64,000 nucleotides of DNA, taken from assembly GCA_045531275.1 (NCBI GenBank), contig JAZSDS010000008.1, positions 20,229-84,228 of the forward strand, read 5' to 3'. Under the pieces are notes generated by a model, which did no database searches, was not told where the DNA came from, and saw nothing but the letters and a program-made list of their open reading frames with translations. Positions 18,236 through 27,174 of the stretch are shown one piece after another (the stretch's first letter is position 1; every line of letters begins with the position of its first letter). The DNA comes from Faecousia sp. GTDB taxonomy: Bacteria; Bacillota; Clostridia; Oscillospirales; Oscillospiraceae. The position numbers and the translations under genes are program-made.

Positions 18236-19600
18236 ATGAAACAGAAACACACAATGGACCTGACCCATGGCCCTGTTACCAAAAAACTTATAGCTTTTGT
18301 TCTTCCGCTGATAGCCAGTAACATGCTGCAGCATCTTTATAATGCAGCAGATAAGGCGGTAGTCGGACAATTTGCGGGCAAGGTTGCGCTGGCAGCTGTG
18401 GGATCCACCGGCTCTGCGACAACGATGCTGCTGAACCTGGTTTTTGGTCTGGCTGTTGGTGCCAATATTATAAATGCGAACTTGTTGGGCGCTAAGAAAA
18501 ATGCGGAATTGAGAAGGAGTATGCATTCCTCGATTTTGCTTGCCCTTATCTGTGGTGGCTTCCTGTGTGTTCTGGGTCTGCTGGCAGCGCGTCCTCTTCT
18601 GCAGCTCATGAGTTGTCCTGAGAATGTTCTTGGACCTGCTTCGTTGTATATGCGCATATTCTTCTGCGGCGTTCCTGCTTCTCTAATGTATAATTTCGGT
18701 GCTGGAATCCTGCGAACCCATGGCGATACACGGCGGCCCATGATCATCTTGGCTGTCAGTGGTCTTGTGAATGTTTGCTTCAATCTGGTTTTTGTTATCG
18801 TATTTAAGATGACTGTAGATGGTGTTGCGCTGGCTACAATCATTTCGCAATACATTTCAGCTGCATGGGTGCTGATTATTCTTTTTGACACTAAGGGGAT
18901 ATATCGCCTAAAATTTGATGAAATTAAATTTCACAAAAAGGAAGTAGTTTCGATCATAAAGGTTGGTGTTCCCTGTGGTATTAACGGTCTTGTCTTTAGT
19001 ATATCTAATGTAACTGTTCAATCCACTGTGAACGGTTTTGGCGATACAGTTATTGCCGGCAATGTTGCGGCAGACAGCATAACTGGACTAATCTATCAGG
19101 TGATTGCCTCGTTCTATACAGCTTGTGTAACCTTTTCCGGACAGTGCTATGGTGCAGGAAAGTACGATAGAATCGACCACCTGCTTCTCAGGGGTGCAGG
19201 GATCTGTGTTGTTGTGGTGGTGATGGTATCCTTAGTGGCCACTTTTTTTCCTGGTGTTTTATTGGGGATTTTCAACAGCGATGCTGATGTAATAATTGCG
19301 GGCACACCCAAAATGCTTGTTATGAGCTGGAGTTATGTGCTCTATTCAATTTCGGAATCTCTGCTTGGTTGCCTCAGAGGTATGCGTAAAAGCGCGATAC
19401 CAACATCTATCAATATTGTAGGCATTTGTGTGACCCGCGTGCTCTGGATATGTCTTGTTCTCCCGGCAGATCCTATGAATATATTCCTGCTTTATGCTTG
19501 CTACCCTGTTTCGTATGTAATCAGCGTGTCAGCTATGGCATACTACTATCTGTATTGCCGCAGGAAGTTAAAAATAAAAAGCGCTGCGCTTACAGCATAA
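18236..19600 (+). CDS. MATE-family efflux transporter
   Basis: 454 aa with 12 predicted TM segments. The N-terminus, THGPVTKKLIAFVLPLIASNMLQHLYNAADKAVVGQF, is typical of MATE/NorM proteins. Confidence 0.9.
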   Translation: MKQKHTMDLTHGPVTKKLIAFVLPLIASNMLQHLYNAADKAVVGQFAGKVALAAVGSTGSATTMLLNLVFGLAVGANIINANLLGAKKNAELRRSMHSSILLALICGGFLCVLGLLAARPLLQLMSCPENVLGPASLYMRIFFCGVPASLMYNFGAGILRTHGDTRRPMIILAVSGLVNVCFNLVFVIVFKMTVDGVALATIISQYISAAWVLIILFDTKGIYRLKFDEIKFHKKEVVSIIKVGVPCGINGLVFSISNVTVQSTVNGFGDTVIAGNVAADSITGLIYQVIASFYTACVTFSGQCYGAGKYDRIDHLLLRGAGICVVVVVMVSLVATFFPGVLLGIFNSDADVIIAGTPKMLVMSWSYVLYSISESLLGCLRGMRKSAIPTSINIVGICVTRVLWICLVLPADPMNIFLLYACYPVSYVISVSAMAYYYLYCRRKLKIKSAALTA

Positions 19601-19603
19601 TTT

Positions 19604-19909
19604 AAAAGGCTGCCCTTGGGCGGTACGCCACAGTGATAAAACGCCTATAAATGGCGTTTATCCCCACCAATCCGCGTTAAAAATGCTCGCAATCCATAAA
19701 GGATTCCTGCGCTTTTTGCCTTGATCGGCAGGAATCTCCGCCCTTTATAGGTGCTCTGCAGCTTTGAAGTGACAACTTTTCTGCAAGATAAACAACAAAA
19801 TTCCCGGAATGCTGTTGCATTTCGGGAATTTTTTGAGCAGTATTGCAGGAAAGGGGGCGTTCAAAACCGATTTATCACTATGGTGCACCGCCCTTAGGGC
19901 AGTCTTTTT
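19604..19909. repeat. 306-bp element bounded by 37/39-nt imperfect inverted repeats (candidate MITE/REP-like element or structured RNA)
   Basis: The left arm (19604-19640) pairs with the right arm (19871-19909) at about 34 of 37 positions. It fills the spacer between two convergent stop codons. Confidence 0.6.
19797..19834. terminator. bidirectional intrinsic terminator inside the inverted-repeat element
   Basis: AAAATTCCCGGAATGC-TGTT-GCATTTCGGGAATTTT. The stem is 12 bp with one G-U pair, flanked by an A-run and a T-run. Confidence 0.8.
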
Positions 19910-19912
19910 GTT

Positions 19913-20287
19913 TCAAGTTTCGCTGTCTTCAGTGGCAGGTGTGTTCTGAGTTGTATCCGAGTAGGATTCGCTGTTTTGGGATTTAGCTTGTTTGTAAGGA
20001 TTTGGTGAGGGGAAATTTAAAAGAAGGGAAAATAGAATGCAGATCACTATTGCAGCGGCGCTTGCGCTCATCCACAGGCTGCGCTCCCGCAGAAGTTCTT
20101 TAGTAAGATAGAGATATGCCAGGCATAAAGCGGACAGCATTATGGCAAGAATAGATAATATTACCTTTAACCAAATAATTCCGCATCCGGAGGCCACAAG
20201 GAATGCAATAAACAGCAGAAGGTCACCAGCCAAGATCAGTCCCATATAGCGTTCCATTTCTTTGTAACGGTTGCGTCGATTTCCCAT
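19913..20287 (-). CDS. hypothetical small membrane protein (124 aa, about 3 TM helices, acidic Ser/Thr-rich tail)
   Basis: Hydrophobic segments LILAGDLLLFIAFLV, ILSILAIMLSALCLAYLYL and AAAIVICILFSLLL. GGAGG lies upstream of the ATG. Confidence 0.6.
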   Translation of the reverse strand: MGNRRNRYKEMERYMGLILAGDLLLFIAFLVASGCGIIWLKVILSILAIMLSALCLAYLYLTKELLRERSLWMSASAAAIVICILFSLLLNFPSPNPYKQAKSQNSESYSDTTQNTPATEDSET

Positions 20288-20447
20288 TTTACCCGCCTCC
20301 TGTAATTTATATGTCTTTTATATCACATTTTGTCGCAAAAATCAAACATTTCTCGTAGTTCCTGTTTTTCTGTAAAATACTTGCGTGTTTTATAAATGGA
20401 TGTTATAATACTAACGATTATACACTGATTATATTTAAGGAGTTGCT

Positions 20448-21242
20448 ATGGGAGAACCGCAATACAGGCTGGAGGGCATCGTCCATACCCGAACCGAGAT
20501 GATGGAAGATTTTGAAGGCCCTCTGGATGTTATTTTTCTGCTTCTTAGCAAAAACAAAATAGATATTCAGGATGTTTCCATAACCGCAATTCTTGAGCAG
20601 TATCTTGCCTATCTGGATGAAATGAAGCGGCTTGATATGGAAATTGCCAGTGAGTTTATCACAATGGCGTCCCATCTGATGCTTATTAAAACAAAAATGT
20701 TGTTATCTGCTGCGGAAGCGGCAGAAGCGGAGAGTGAACTCGATCTGCTGAGACAGTCATTGATAGAGCGACAGCGTCGTGATGCTATGGAGCAGATCCG
20801 TATAGCAATCGCAGTGCTGGAGCCGATGAACGAAATTGGTCGGTGTATTTTTACGAAGGAGCCTGAGCCTTTGCGTAGGGACAGAACATACCGTTATCGT
20901 CACGAAACCTGCGATATGCTTCGGGCTCTTGATGAGATTGCTGAGCGCAATCAGCGTCGTCTGCCTCCGCCTACAGTGAACTTTAAGGGAATCGTCGGTA
21001 AGGAGCCTTATCCGGTTTCTCGCAAGGCTGGGGAAGTGGTGCGCAGGCTGGTACTGCGAGGCATTGAACGGCTTAAGAATCTTTTCAAAGGGAACCGATC
21101 GCGTTCTGAGATTGTTGCAACCTTTTTGGCGATACTGGACCTGTGTAAAAATAATTCAGTCACATTGGAGGATGACAACTCCGGTGAGAACCCCAATGTA
21201 AGACTGATTAAGGAACCTGCTGATGAAAAGGAGAAGACCTGA
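20448..21242 (+). CDS. scpA: segregation and condensation protein A (kleisin ScpA)
   Basis: The translation FEGPLDVIFLLLSKNKIDIQDVSITAILEQYL is the canonical ScpA N-terminus. Confidence 0.9.
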   Translation: MGEPQYRLEGIVHTRTEMMEDFEGPLDVIFLLLSKNKIDIQDVSITAILEQYLAYLDEMKRLDMEIASEFITMASHLMLIKTKMLLSAAEAAEAESELDLLRQSLIERQRRDAMEQIRIAIAVLEPMNEIGRCIFTKEPEPLRRDRTYRYRHETCDMLRALDEIAERNQRRLPPPTVNFKGIVGKEPYPVSRKAGEVVRRLVLRGIERLKNLFKGNRSRSEIVATFLAILDLCKNNSVTLEDDNSGENPNVRLIKEPADEKEKT

Positions 21243-21826
21243 TGGACAATAATGAATTGCAAAGAGCCATTGAGGCGATCCTGTTTGCGGCAGGAGAATG
21301 TGTGGAAATTTCCCGGCTTGCTATGGCTCTGGATACCGGCGAGGATGAAATCGTAGCTGCTGTTAACGGCTTGGCAGACGAATTGTCCTTTAACCGCAGA
21401 GGTATTCGCATCCTGCGCCTTGAAAAAGGGTACCAGATGGTTTCTTCCGGCGAGATGGCAGATTATATTACAAAGGCGCTGGAAACCAGAAAGCCGCCCA
21501 AGCTGTCATCCTCTCAGCTGGAAGCACTGACTATTGTGGCGTATTATCAGCCGGCTACAAAAGCTATGGTTGAACAGATTCGCGGGGTAGACAGCTCCTA
21601 TTCCATATCTGCCCTCATGAACAAGAAGCTTATTGAGGAAGATGGTAGATTGAATGTTCCCGGAAGACCTATTCTTTACAAAACCACGCCGGATTTCCTG
21701 AGAACCTTTGGAATCAGTTCCCTGGAGGAGCTCCCGACTATCGAAAAAGTAAGCTTTGGGGAACCTGAGCCTGCGGATGTTCCCCTGGAACAGAGCAGTG
21801 AAGCGCCTGCTGAGGTGACGGAGTGA
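21242..21826 (+). CDS. scpB: segregation and condensation protein B
   Basis: AIEAILFAAGE..., LS.SQLEALTIVAYYQP.T and PGRPILYKTT motifs. The start overlaps the scpA stop. Confidence 0.9.
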   Translation: MDNNELQRAIEAILFAAGECVEISRLAMALDTGEDEIVAAVNGLADELSFNRRGIRILRLEKGYQMVSSGEMADYITKALETRKPPKLSSSQLEALTIVAYYQPATKAMVEQIRGVDSSYSISALMNKKLIEEDGRLNVPGRPILYKTTPDFLRTFGISSLEELPTIEKVSFGEPEPADVPLEQSSEAPAEVTE

Positions 21827-22431
21827 TGGGCTGGCTGGTTGGTGCCGCAGCGCTGTCGATATTGCTTGTTTTGCCTTTGAGACTGTTTGCAAAATATGAT
21901 CCTTCCGGAGCCGGGGTTTCCGTAAAGATTGGACCTAAAAGCTTTATTTTGTATCCGAAGTCCCCCGCGGGAAGGATAAGTAAACATGAGAAAGGTGCAT
22001 TAAACACAGGGGAACGATCAACAAGCAACCCGGATGATAACAATATAAGCAGCAGTTTTTCGGATTTTATGCCGCTAATTCGCACCATTCTGGAGTTGCT
22101 TAACGATATCAGGAAGAAAATTCGTGTTGATTATTTGGAATTGAGGCTGATTCTGGCAAATGATGACCCAAGTGTATTGGGTATTAACTATGGAAAGGCC
22201 TGGGCTGTTATCGGGAGTATAATACCTCAATTAGAGAATGTTTTTCAGATCAAGAAACGGAATGTCGATGTTTCTTGCGACTTTACTTCTATGCAAACGA
22301 TTGTTTTTGCCAGGGCAGATGTGTCCATTACATTGGGACGGGTGCTTTGGCTGACTGTGATCTATGGAATAAAAGCGCTTAAACAGCGCTTCAAACTTAT
22401 GAATCAAAGAAAAGGCGGTGCCAAAGTATGA
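21823..22431 (+). CDS. DUF2953/YtfI-like sporulation-associated membrane protein
   Basis: N-terminal TM helix. The position, upstream of and overlapping a ytfJ-like gene, matches ytfI-ytfJ synteny. The family call rests on context and general resemblance. Confidence 0.55.
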   Translation: MMGWLVGAAALSILLVLPLRLFAKYDPSGAGVSVKIGPKSFILYPKSPAGRISKHEKGALNTGERSTSNPDDNNISSSFSDFMPLIRTILELLNDIRKKIRVDYLELRLILANDDPSVLGINYGKAWAVIGSIIPQLENVFQIKKRNVDVSCDFTSMQTIVFARADVSITLGRVLWLTVIYGIKALKQRFKLMNQRKGGAKV

Positions 22432-22820
22432 GTAATGGTCTTCCCAATATGTTAGATAATACGATTGCAAAAATCCGTGAGATGGTGGATGTAAACTCCG
22501 TTATCGGTGAACCTATTGTGACGACAGACGGAATAACGATTATACCTGTATCCAAAGTGAGTGTAGGTTTTGGCGGCGGTGGATCCGACTTTGTTTCCAA
22601 GAATGTCAATCACCATGAGAATCCCTTTGGCGGTGGAATTGGAGCGGGAGTAAAAGTTACCCCCATTGCCTTTTTGGTTATTAAAGAGGGGAATGTTCGT
22701 ATGATCCCTGTTGCTGCGCCTGCTAACACGACAGCTGACCGTCTTGTGGAAATGGTACCAGACACCTTAGACAAAATTGTAGCCTTCGTAGACGCACGCA
22801 CAGAGAAAAAGGGCGAATAA
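22428..22820 (+). CDS. ytfJ: spore protein YtfJ/GerW family
   Basis: IGEPIVTTDGITIIPVSKVSVGFGGGGSDF ... GGGIGAGVKVTPIAFLVI is characteristic of YtfJ/GerW. Confidence 0.8.
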   Translation: MSNGLPNMLDNTIAKIREMVDVNSVIGEPIVTTDGITIIPVSKVSVGFGGGGSDFVSKNVNHHENPFGGGIGAGVKVTPIAFLVIKEGNVRMIPVAAPANTTADRLVEMVPDTLDKIVAFVDARTEKKGE

Positions 22821-22859
22821 TTTGTATCCCCGGACACAAACTAGTTCGGGGGGATAGAT

Positions 22860-23954
22860 ATGAAACGCTTTTTTGCCGGGATGGCAGCTGCTTTGCTGGC
22901 TGCCGTCCTGTTTTTTCCTGTAGATGCAAACGCACTTTCTGCCCAAAGGGCTATTCTGTTGGATGCAGAAACTGGCAGGATTTTATATGAAAAAAATGCC
23001 GAGGAGAAAAGCCTTATTGCAAGCACGACAAAGATTATGACAGCTTTGGTTGTTTGCGAACAGTGCAATGTGCTTGACAGAATGCGCATACCTAAAGAAG
23101 CAGTAGGAATCGAAGGTTCTTCAATCTACCTCAGAGAAGGAGAAATCCTTACGATTCAGGAACTGCTATACGGTTTGATGCTCCACAGCGGAAACGACGC
23201 AGCTGTTGCTCTGGCAATTTACTGCGGCGGGACAGTTGAGGGTTTTGCGCAGCTTATGAATGACAAAGCGCACCGTTTGGGTATGAAGAATACCCATTTT
23301 GTAAACCCAAATGGACTTGATGATCCAGCTCATTATTCAACAGCAAAGGATATGGCAATTTTGGCCTCCTATGCCATGGACAATCCAATTTTTGCCAAGA
23401 CGGTTTCTACTAAGACTGTCAGAGCCGGGGGGCGTAGTCTGCGTAATCATAATAAACTCCTGTGGCGTGTAGAAGGCGCTGATGGCGTAAAAACCGGCTA
23501 CACTAAGGCTGCGGGAAGAATTCTTGTTTCAAGCGCGGTGCGACAAGGCAGACGGCTGGTAGCAGTGACTGTGAATGACCCTAATGATTGGCAGGATCAT
23601 GAGCAATTACTTGTTAATGGGTTTGAACAGTATAATGTACAGACGCTGGTTTCCGAAGGCGATTGCCTTGGGTGTGTGGAGGTTGCAGGGGGAGAGCAAA
23701 TCAGTGTGGAACTGATAGCAGATGATGATTTTTCTTACGCGCTTGCAGGCGGTGAGAGTGCTCAGATCATTTTGCAGGGACCGGGGTTTGTATATGCACC
23801 GGTAGTACAGGGGCAAGAAGCGGGCTTTGCTTATGTTTGTCTGGGATCAGCAGTTGTGGGAAAGATTCCGTTACGCTTCGGTCAAACTATTGAACAGCAA
23901 AAGGAACAAAAGCAGCCGATTCTGCAAAGACTGTTTGGAGGAAAGCAGCAATGA
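22860..23954 (+). CDS. D-alanyl-D-alanine carboxypeptidase (S11 family, low-molecular-weight PBP)
   Basis: Signal peptide plus the SxxK (ASTTKIM), SGN (HSGND) and KTG (KTGYT) motifs. Confidence 0.9.
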   Translation: MKRFFAGMAAALLAAVLFFPVDANALSAQRAILLDAETGRILYEKNAEEKSLIASTTKIMTALVVCEQCNVLDRMRIPKEAVGIEGSSIYLREGEILTIQELLYGLMLHSGNDAAVALAIYCGGTVEGFAQLMNDKAHRLGMKNTHFVNPNGLDDPAHYSTAKDMAILASYAMDNPIFAKTVSTKTVRAGGRSLRNHNKLLWRVEGADGVKTGYTKAAGRILVSSAVRQGRRLVAVTVNDPNDWQDHEQLLVNGFEQYNVQTLVSEGDCLGCVEVAGGEQISVELIADDDFSYALAGGESAQIILQGPGFVYAPVVQGQEAGFAYVCLGSAVVGKIPLRFGQTIEQQKEQKQPILQRLFGGKQQ

Positions 23955-24670
23955 AAGAGCGGATACAAAAAATTTTATCAGCCAGGGGTGTTGCCTCCAG
24001 AAGACACGCTGAAGATATGATTGTTGCAGGAAGGGTGTCCTGCAATGGTCGAGTATGTAATCTTGGTGACAGAGCAGATGTAGAGGCAGATCTGATTTTC
24101 TTGGATGGGAAACCTATCCCATCCAAAGGAGAAAGTGTGTACATTATGCTCAATAAACCCAAAGGGTATGTTACTACCTTGTCGGATGAGAAGGGACGAA
24201 AGAATGCGGCCCAGTTGGTTGCTGATTGCGGACAAAGAGTATATCCCATTGGACGGCTGGATATGGATTCAGAGGGTCTGTTATTGTTTACAAACGATGG
24301 AGAATTCGCAAATAACCTGATGCACCCCAAGCATGAGGTAAATAAATTATACCGGGTTTTGGTCAAGGGATATAGCCAACAAGCTCTGGAAAAAATTAAA
24401 CAGCCGATTGTTTTGGATGGCTATGAGATCCGAAAACCTTTCGTTGAACTTCTAATGAACAATCAAAATGATAACGGAAAAGCAGAGCTGCTTATCACCA
24501 TTCACGAAGGACGGAACCGACAGGTTCGCAGAATGTGCGCTGCTGCCGGAATGTCGGTGCTGCGCCTTACCCGAGTAGCGGAGGGTGAAGTGAAGCTGGG
24601 AGAACTACAATCGGGTCGGTGGCGCTATCTTACGAAGGATGAAATTGAGGCGCTGCGAAGCGAAATTTGA
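23951..24670 (+). CDS. rluB: rRNA pseudouridine synthase (RsuA/RluB family) with S4 domain
   Basis: N-terminal S4 RNA-binding motif (RIQKILSARGVASRR) and catalytic motif GRLDMDSEGLLL. Confidence 0.85.
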   Translation: MKERIQKILSARGVASRRHAEDMIVAGRVSCNGRVCNLGDRADVEADLIFLDGKPIPSKGESVYIMLNKPKGYVTTLSDEKGRKNAAQLVADCGQRVYPIGRLDMDSEGLLLFTNDGEFANNLMHPKHEVNKLYRVLVKGYSQQALEKIKQPIVLDGYEIRKPFVELLMNNQNDNGKAELLITIHEGRNRQVRRMCAAAGMSVLRLTRVAEGEVKLGELQSGRWRYLTKDEIEALRSEI

Positions 24671-24761
24671 AACTTTTATTATTTGCACTTGCAAAAATGT
24701 GTAAGGTTTGCTAGTATATGACTGTTGCGCTATGAAATACCATGCAGGAGGCAAGGTTAAC

Positions 24762-25631
24762 ATGAACAAAGACATTTTATCTCTGCTGCAGCAGAAAGCA
24801 TCTACATTTTCGAAGGGACAGCGATTGCTTGCCAGATACATAACAGAGTCCTACGATAAAGCGGCATTTATGACTGCAAGTCGCCTTGGAAAGACAGTTG
24901 GTGTCTCTGAATCTACGGTAGTCCGTTTTGCTGTTGAACTTGGTTATGATGGTTACCCCAGTATGCAGAAGGCTATGCAGGAGATGGTTCTAAACAGACT
25001 TACTTCCGTACAGCGTATCGAGGTTGCCAGTGATCGCATTGGAAATCAGGATGTGGTATCTATGGTTCTACAGGCGGATGCTGATAAGTTGCGGCAAACA
25101 GCGGATATCCTTGATAGAAATGAATTCCGCGCCGCAGTTCAGGCTATATTGAAAGCTAAGCGTGTTTATGTTATGGGTTCCAGGTCTGCTGCTCCCTTGG
25201 CAAACTTTTTAGGATACTATCTGAACTTTATGTTTAGCAATGTTCATATTGTTACAGCATCCGGGGCCAGTGAGGTTTTTGAGAAGTTGATTGCTGCGGA
25301 AGCAGGCGATGCAGTGATTGCTTTTAGTTTCCCCAGGTACTCTGCTGCTACTGCCAAAGGCGCGCAGTACAGCCGTACAACAGGTGCAACAGTCATAGGT
25401 ATAACAGATAGCAGACTATCTCCTGTGGGACAGCATTGTGACCATGTGCTGTTGGCAAAAAGCGATATGGTTTCATTGGTTGACTCTATTGTGGCGCCGT
25501 TGAGCGTGGTAAATGCGCTGCTTGTGGCACTGGCATCTGCTCAGGAACAGGTTCTGACTAAAACATTCCATACTCTGGAGCGGGTATGGGAGGAATATAA
25601 TGTATATGAGAAGCGGATCGATAACGGATGA
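24762..25631 (+). CDS. MurR/RpiR-family transcriptional regulator (HTH_6 plus SIS domain)
   Basis: N-terminal HTH (AFMTASRLGKTVGVSESTVVRFA) and a SIS sugar-phosphate-binding domain. ATG 24762 is preceded by AGGAGG. Confidence 0.85.
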   Translation: MNKDILSLLQQKASTFSKGQRLLARYITESYDKAAFMTASRLGKTVGVSESTVVRFAVELGYDGYPSMQKAMQEMVLNRLTSVQRIEVASDRIGNQDVVSMVLQADADKLRQTADILDRNEFRAAVQAILKAKRVYVMGSRSAAPLANFLGYYLNFMFSNVHIVTASGASEVFEKLIAAEAGDAVIAFSFPRYSAATAKGAQYSRTTGATVIGITDSRLSPVGQHCDHVLLAKSDMVSLVDSIVAPLSVVNALLVALASAQEQVLTKTFHTLERVWEEYNVYEKRIDNG

Positions 25632-26866
25632 TGTTTGATGGGATTGTAGTTGGCGGCGGACCGGCGGGGATGCTCGCAGCCGTTGTCGCAGCGCAAAATG
25701 GCAGCAAGGTGCTGTTATTGGAAAAAAATGAACGGCTTGGCAAAAAATTGCTGATTACCGGGAAGGGCCGCTGTAATGTTACAAATGACTGCACTGCCAG
25801 GGAGGTTTTGGAAAACATACCTCGTAACAGCAGGTTCCTTTACAGCGCCATGGAGGCATTTCCGCCTGAAAGCGCCATTCGTTTCTTTACTGAACATGGT
25901 TGCGGTCTGAAAACGGAACGTGGCAACCGTGTTTTTCCCACATCTGACAAAGCATCCTCTGTACTTGATTGCCTGAGAAATGTGTTACGCAAATCCGGTG
26001 TTACTGTCCGCACTGGACGTGTAGACGAAATCACCACAAAAGACGGAAACGTAAACGGTGTCAGGGTAGGGGCAGAAATTATTACTGCTAAGTGGGTCAT
26101 TTTGTCCACTGGAGGTGTTTCCTATCCGGCTACTGGCTCAACTGGTGACGGGTATGTAATTGCAAAAAAGTTGGGGCATACCATTGTAGAGCCGGAGGGG
26201 TCACTGGTACCACTGGAAACGGAAGGTCAAGATTGCGGCGATATGCAGGGCTTGAGCCTACGGAATGTAGGCGTAAAACTCTTAAATTCCAAGAACAAAG
26301 TGCTGTATAAGGACTTTGGTGAGCTGCTGTTTACGCATTTTGGTGTCTCCGGTCCTACGGTATTGAGTGCAAGTGCGCACCTACGTGGAGAAGGTTGCAG
26401 ACTGGCAATAGACTTAAAGCCTGGGTTGGAATTGGAGAAGCTTAATAATCGGATTCTTAGGGATTTGGAGCAGTATAAAAACAGAACAATGGAAAACGCG
26501 CTTACAGATCTTTTGCCAAGATCAATGATACCAGTGGTGCTTAGAAGGATCGGTGTAGACGCTCAATTGCAAGCCAATTCCCTGAGGAAAGAAGATAGGC
26601 GTAGACTGGTCGAGCAGCTAAAGGCTTTTTCTGTTACGATTACAGGAAAACGTCCTGTTGCAGAGGCAATCATCACATCCGGTGGAATTAAGGTTTCGGA
26701 GATTGACCCCAAGACTATGGAATCTAAAATTGTTAACGGGTTGTTTTTTGCCGGTGAGATCATGGATTGCGATGGATACACAGGTGGATTTAATTTGCAA
26801 ATCGCTTGGGCAACGGCCTATGCCGCAGGGTCGGCAACAAAAACTTTCATTGACAAAAGGGCCTGA
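25628..26866 (+). CDS. HI0933/BaiN-family FAD-dependent oxidoreductase
   Basis: GGGPAGM dinucleotide-binding motif, LLITGKGRCNVTN, and C-terminal GGI...EIDPKTMESK...GLFFAGEIMD.DGYTGGFNLQ.AW, typical of HI0933-like flavoproteins. Confidence 0.85.
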   Translation: MMFDGIVVGGGPAGMLAAVVAAQNGSKVLLLEKNERLGKKLLITGKGRCNVTNDCTAREVLENIPRNSRFLYSAMEAFPPESAIRFFTEHGCGLKTERGNRVFPTSDKASSVLDCLRNVLRKSGVTVRTGRVDEITTKDGNVNGVRVGAEIITAKWVILSTGGVSYPATGSTGDGYVIAKKLGHTIVEPEGSLVPLETEGQDCGDMQGLSLRNVGVKLLNSKNKVLYKDFGELLFTHFGVSGPTVLSASAHLRGEGCRLAIDLKPGLELEKLNNRILRDLEQYKNRTMENALTDLLPRSMIPVVLRRIGVDAQLQANSLRKEDRRRLVEQLKAFSVTITGKRPVAEAIITSGGIKVSEIDPKTMESKIVNGLFFAGEIMDCDGYTGGFNLQIAWATAYAAGSATKTFIDKRA

Positions 26867-26925
26867 CTGTAATAAAATACACTAAGGTATGGAACACAGA
26901 GAAAGATAATTTGGAGGTCAATCAT

Positions 26926-27147
26926 ATGTACGAAAAGTTGGTTTCTTATGCTGCGAAACAGCTGGAGCTGAATCCCGAAGAGATCACCCGGGAGAGCACC
27001 TTTGAGAGCCTTGGAATCGATTCACTGGATATTGTGGAAATGATTATGGATCTGGAGACCGAATTGGGCGTAGAGTTGGAGCTGGAGGACCAGAAGATCA
27101 CTACTTTTGGTGAGATGGCCAGCTTTATTGAGTCCAAACTGAACTAA
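26926..27147 (+). CDS. acyl carrier protein (orphan, not next to fab/pls genes)
   Basis: 73 aa, acidic, with phosphopantetheine-attachment motif LGIDSLDIVE. ATG 26926 is preceded by GGAGG. Confidence 0.8.
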   Translation: MYEKLVSYAAKQLELNPEEITRESTFESLGIDSLDIVEMIMDLETELGVELELEDQKITTFGEMASFIESKLN

Positions 27148-27174
27148 ATTAATCAACGAATCTTTGTTATGGCT

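Noticed and set aside
19678-19820. A 47-codon ORF on the minus strand inside the inverted-repeat element (MQQHSGNFVVYLAEKLSLQSC...).
   Set aside because: Its ATG lies inside the terminator stem, there is no SD, and the peptide is neither hydrophobic nor recognisable as a toxin. It is most likely fortuitous.
19604-19909. The inverted-repeat element as RNase P RNA, 6S RNA, tmRNA or a retron msr/msd.
   Set aside because: Short resemblances to B. subtilis RNase P RNA (GCCACAGTGA, GGGCAGTCTTT, AGGAAAG) are in the wrong order, and the universal GAGGAAAGUCC core is absent. The interior is not a 6S-like extended hairpin with a central bubble. There is no tRNA-like end or tag ORF for tmRNA. There is no reverse transcriptase gene for a retron.
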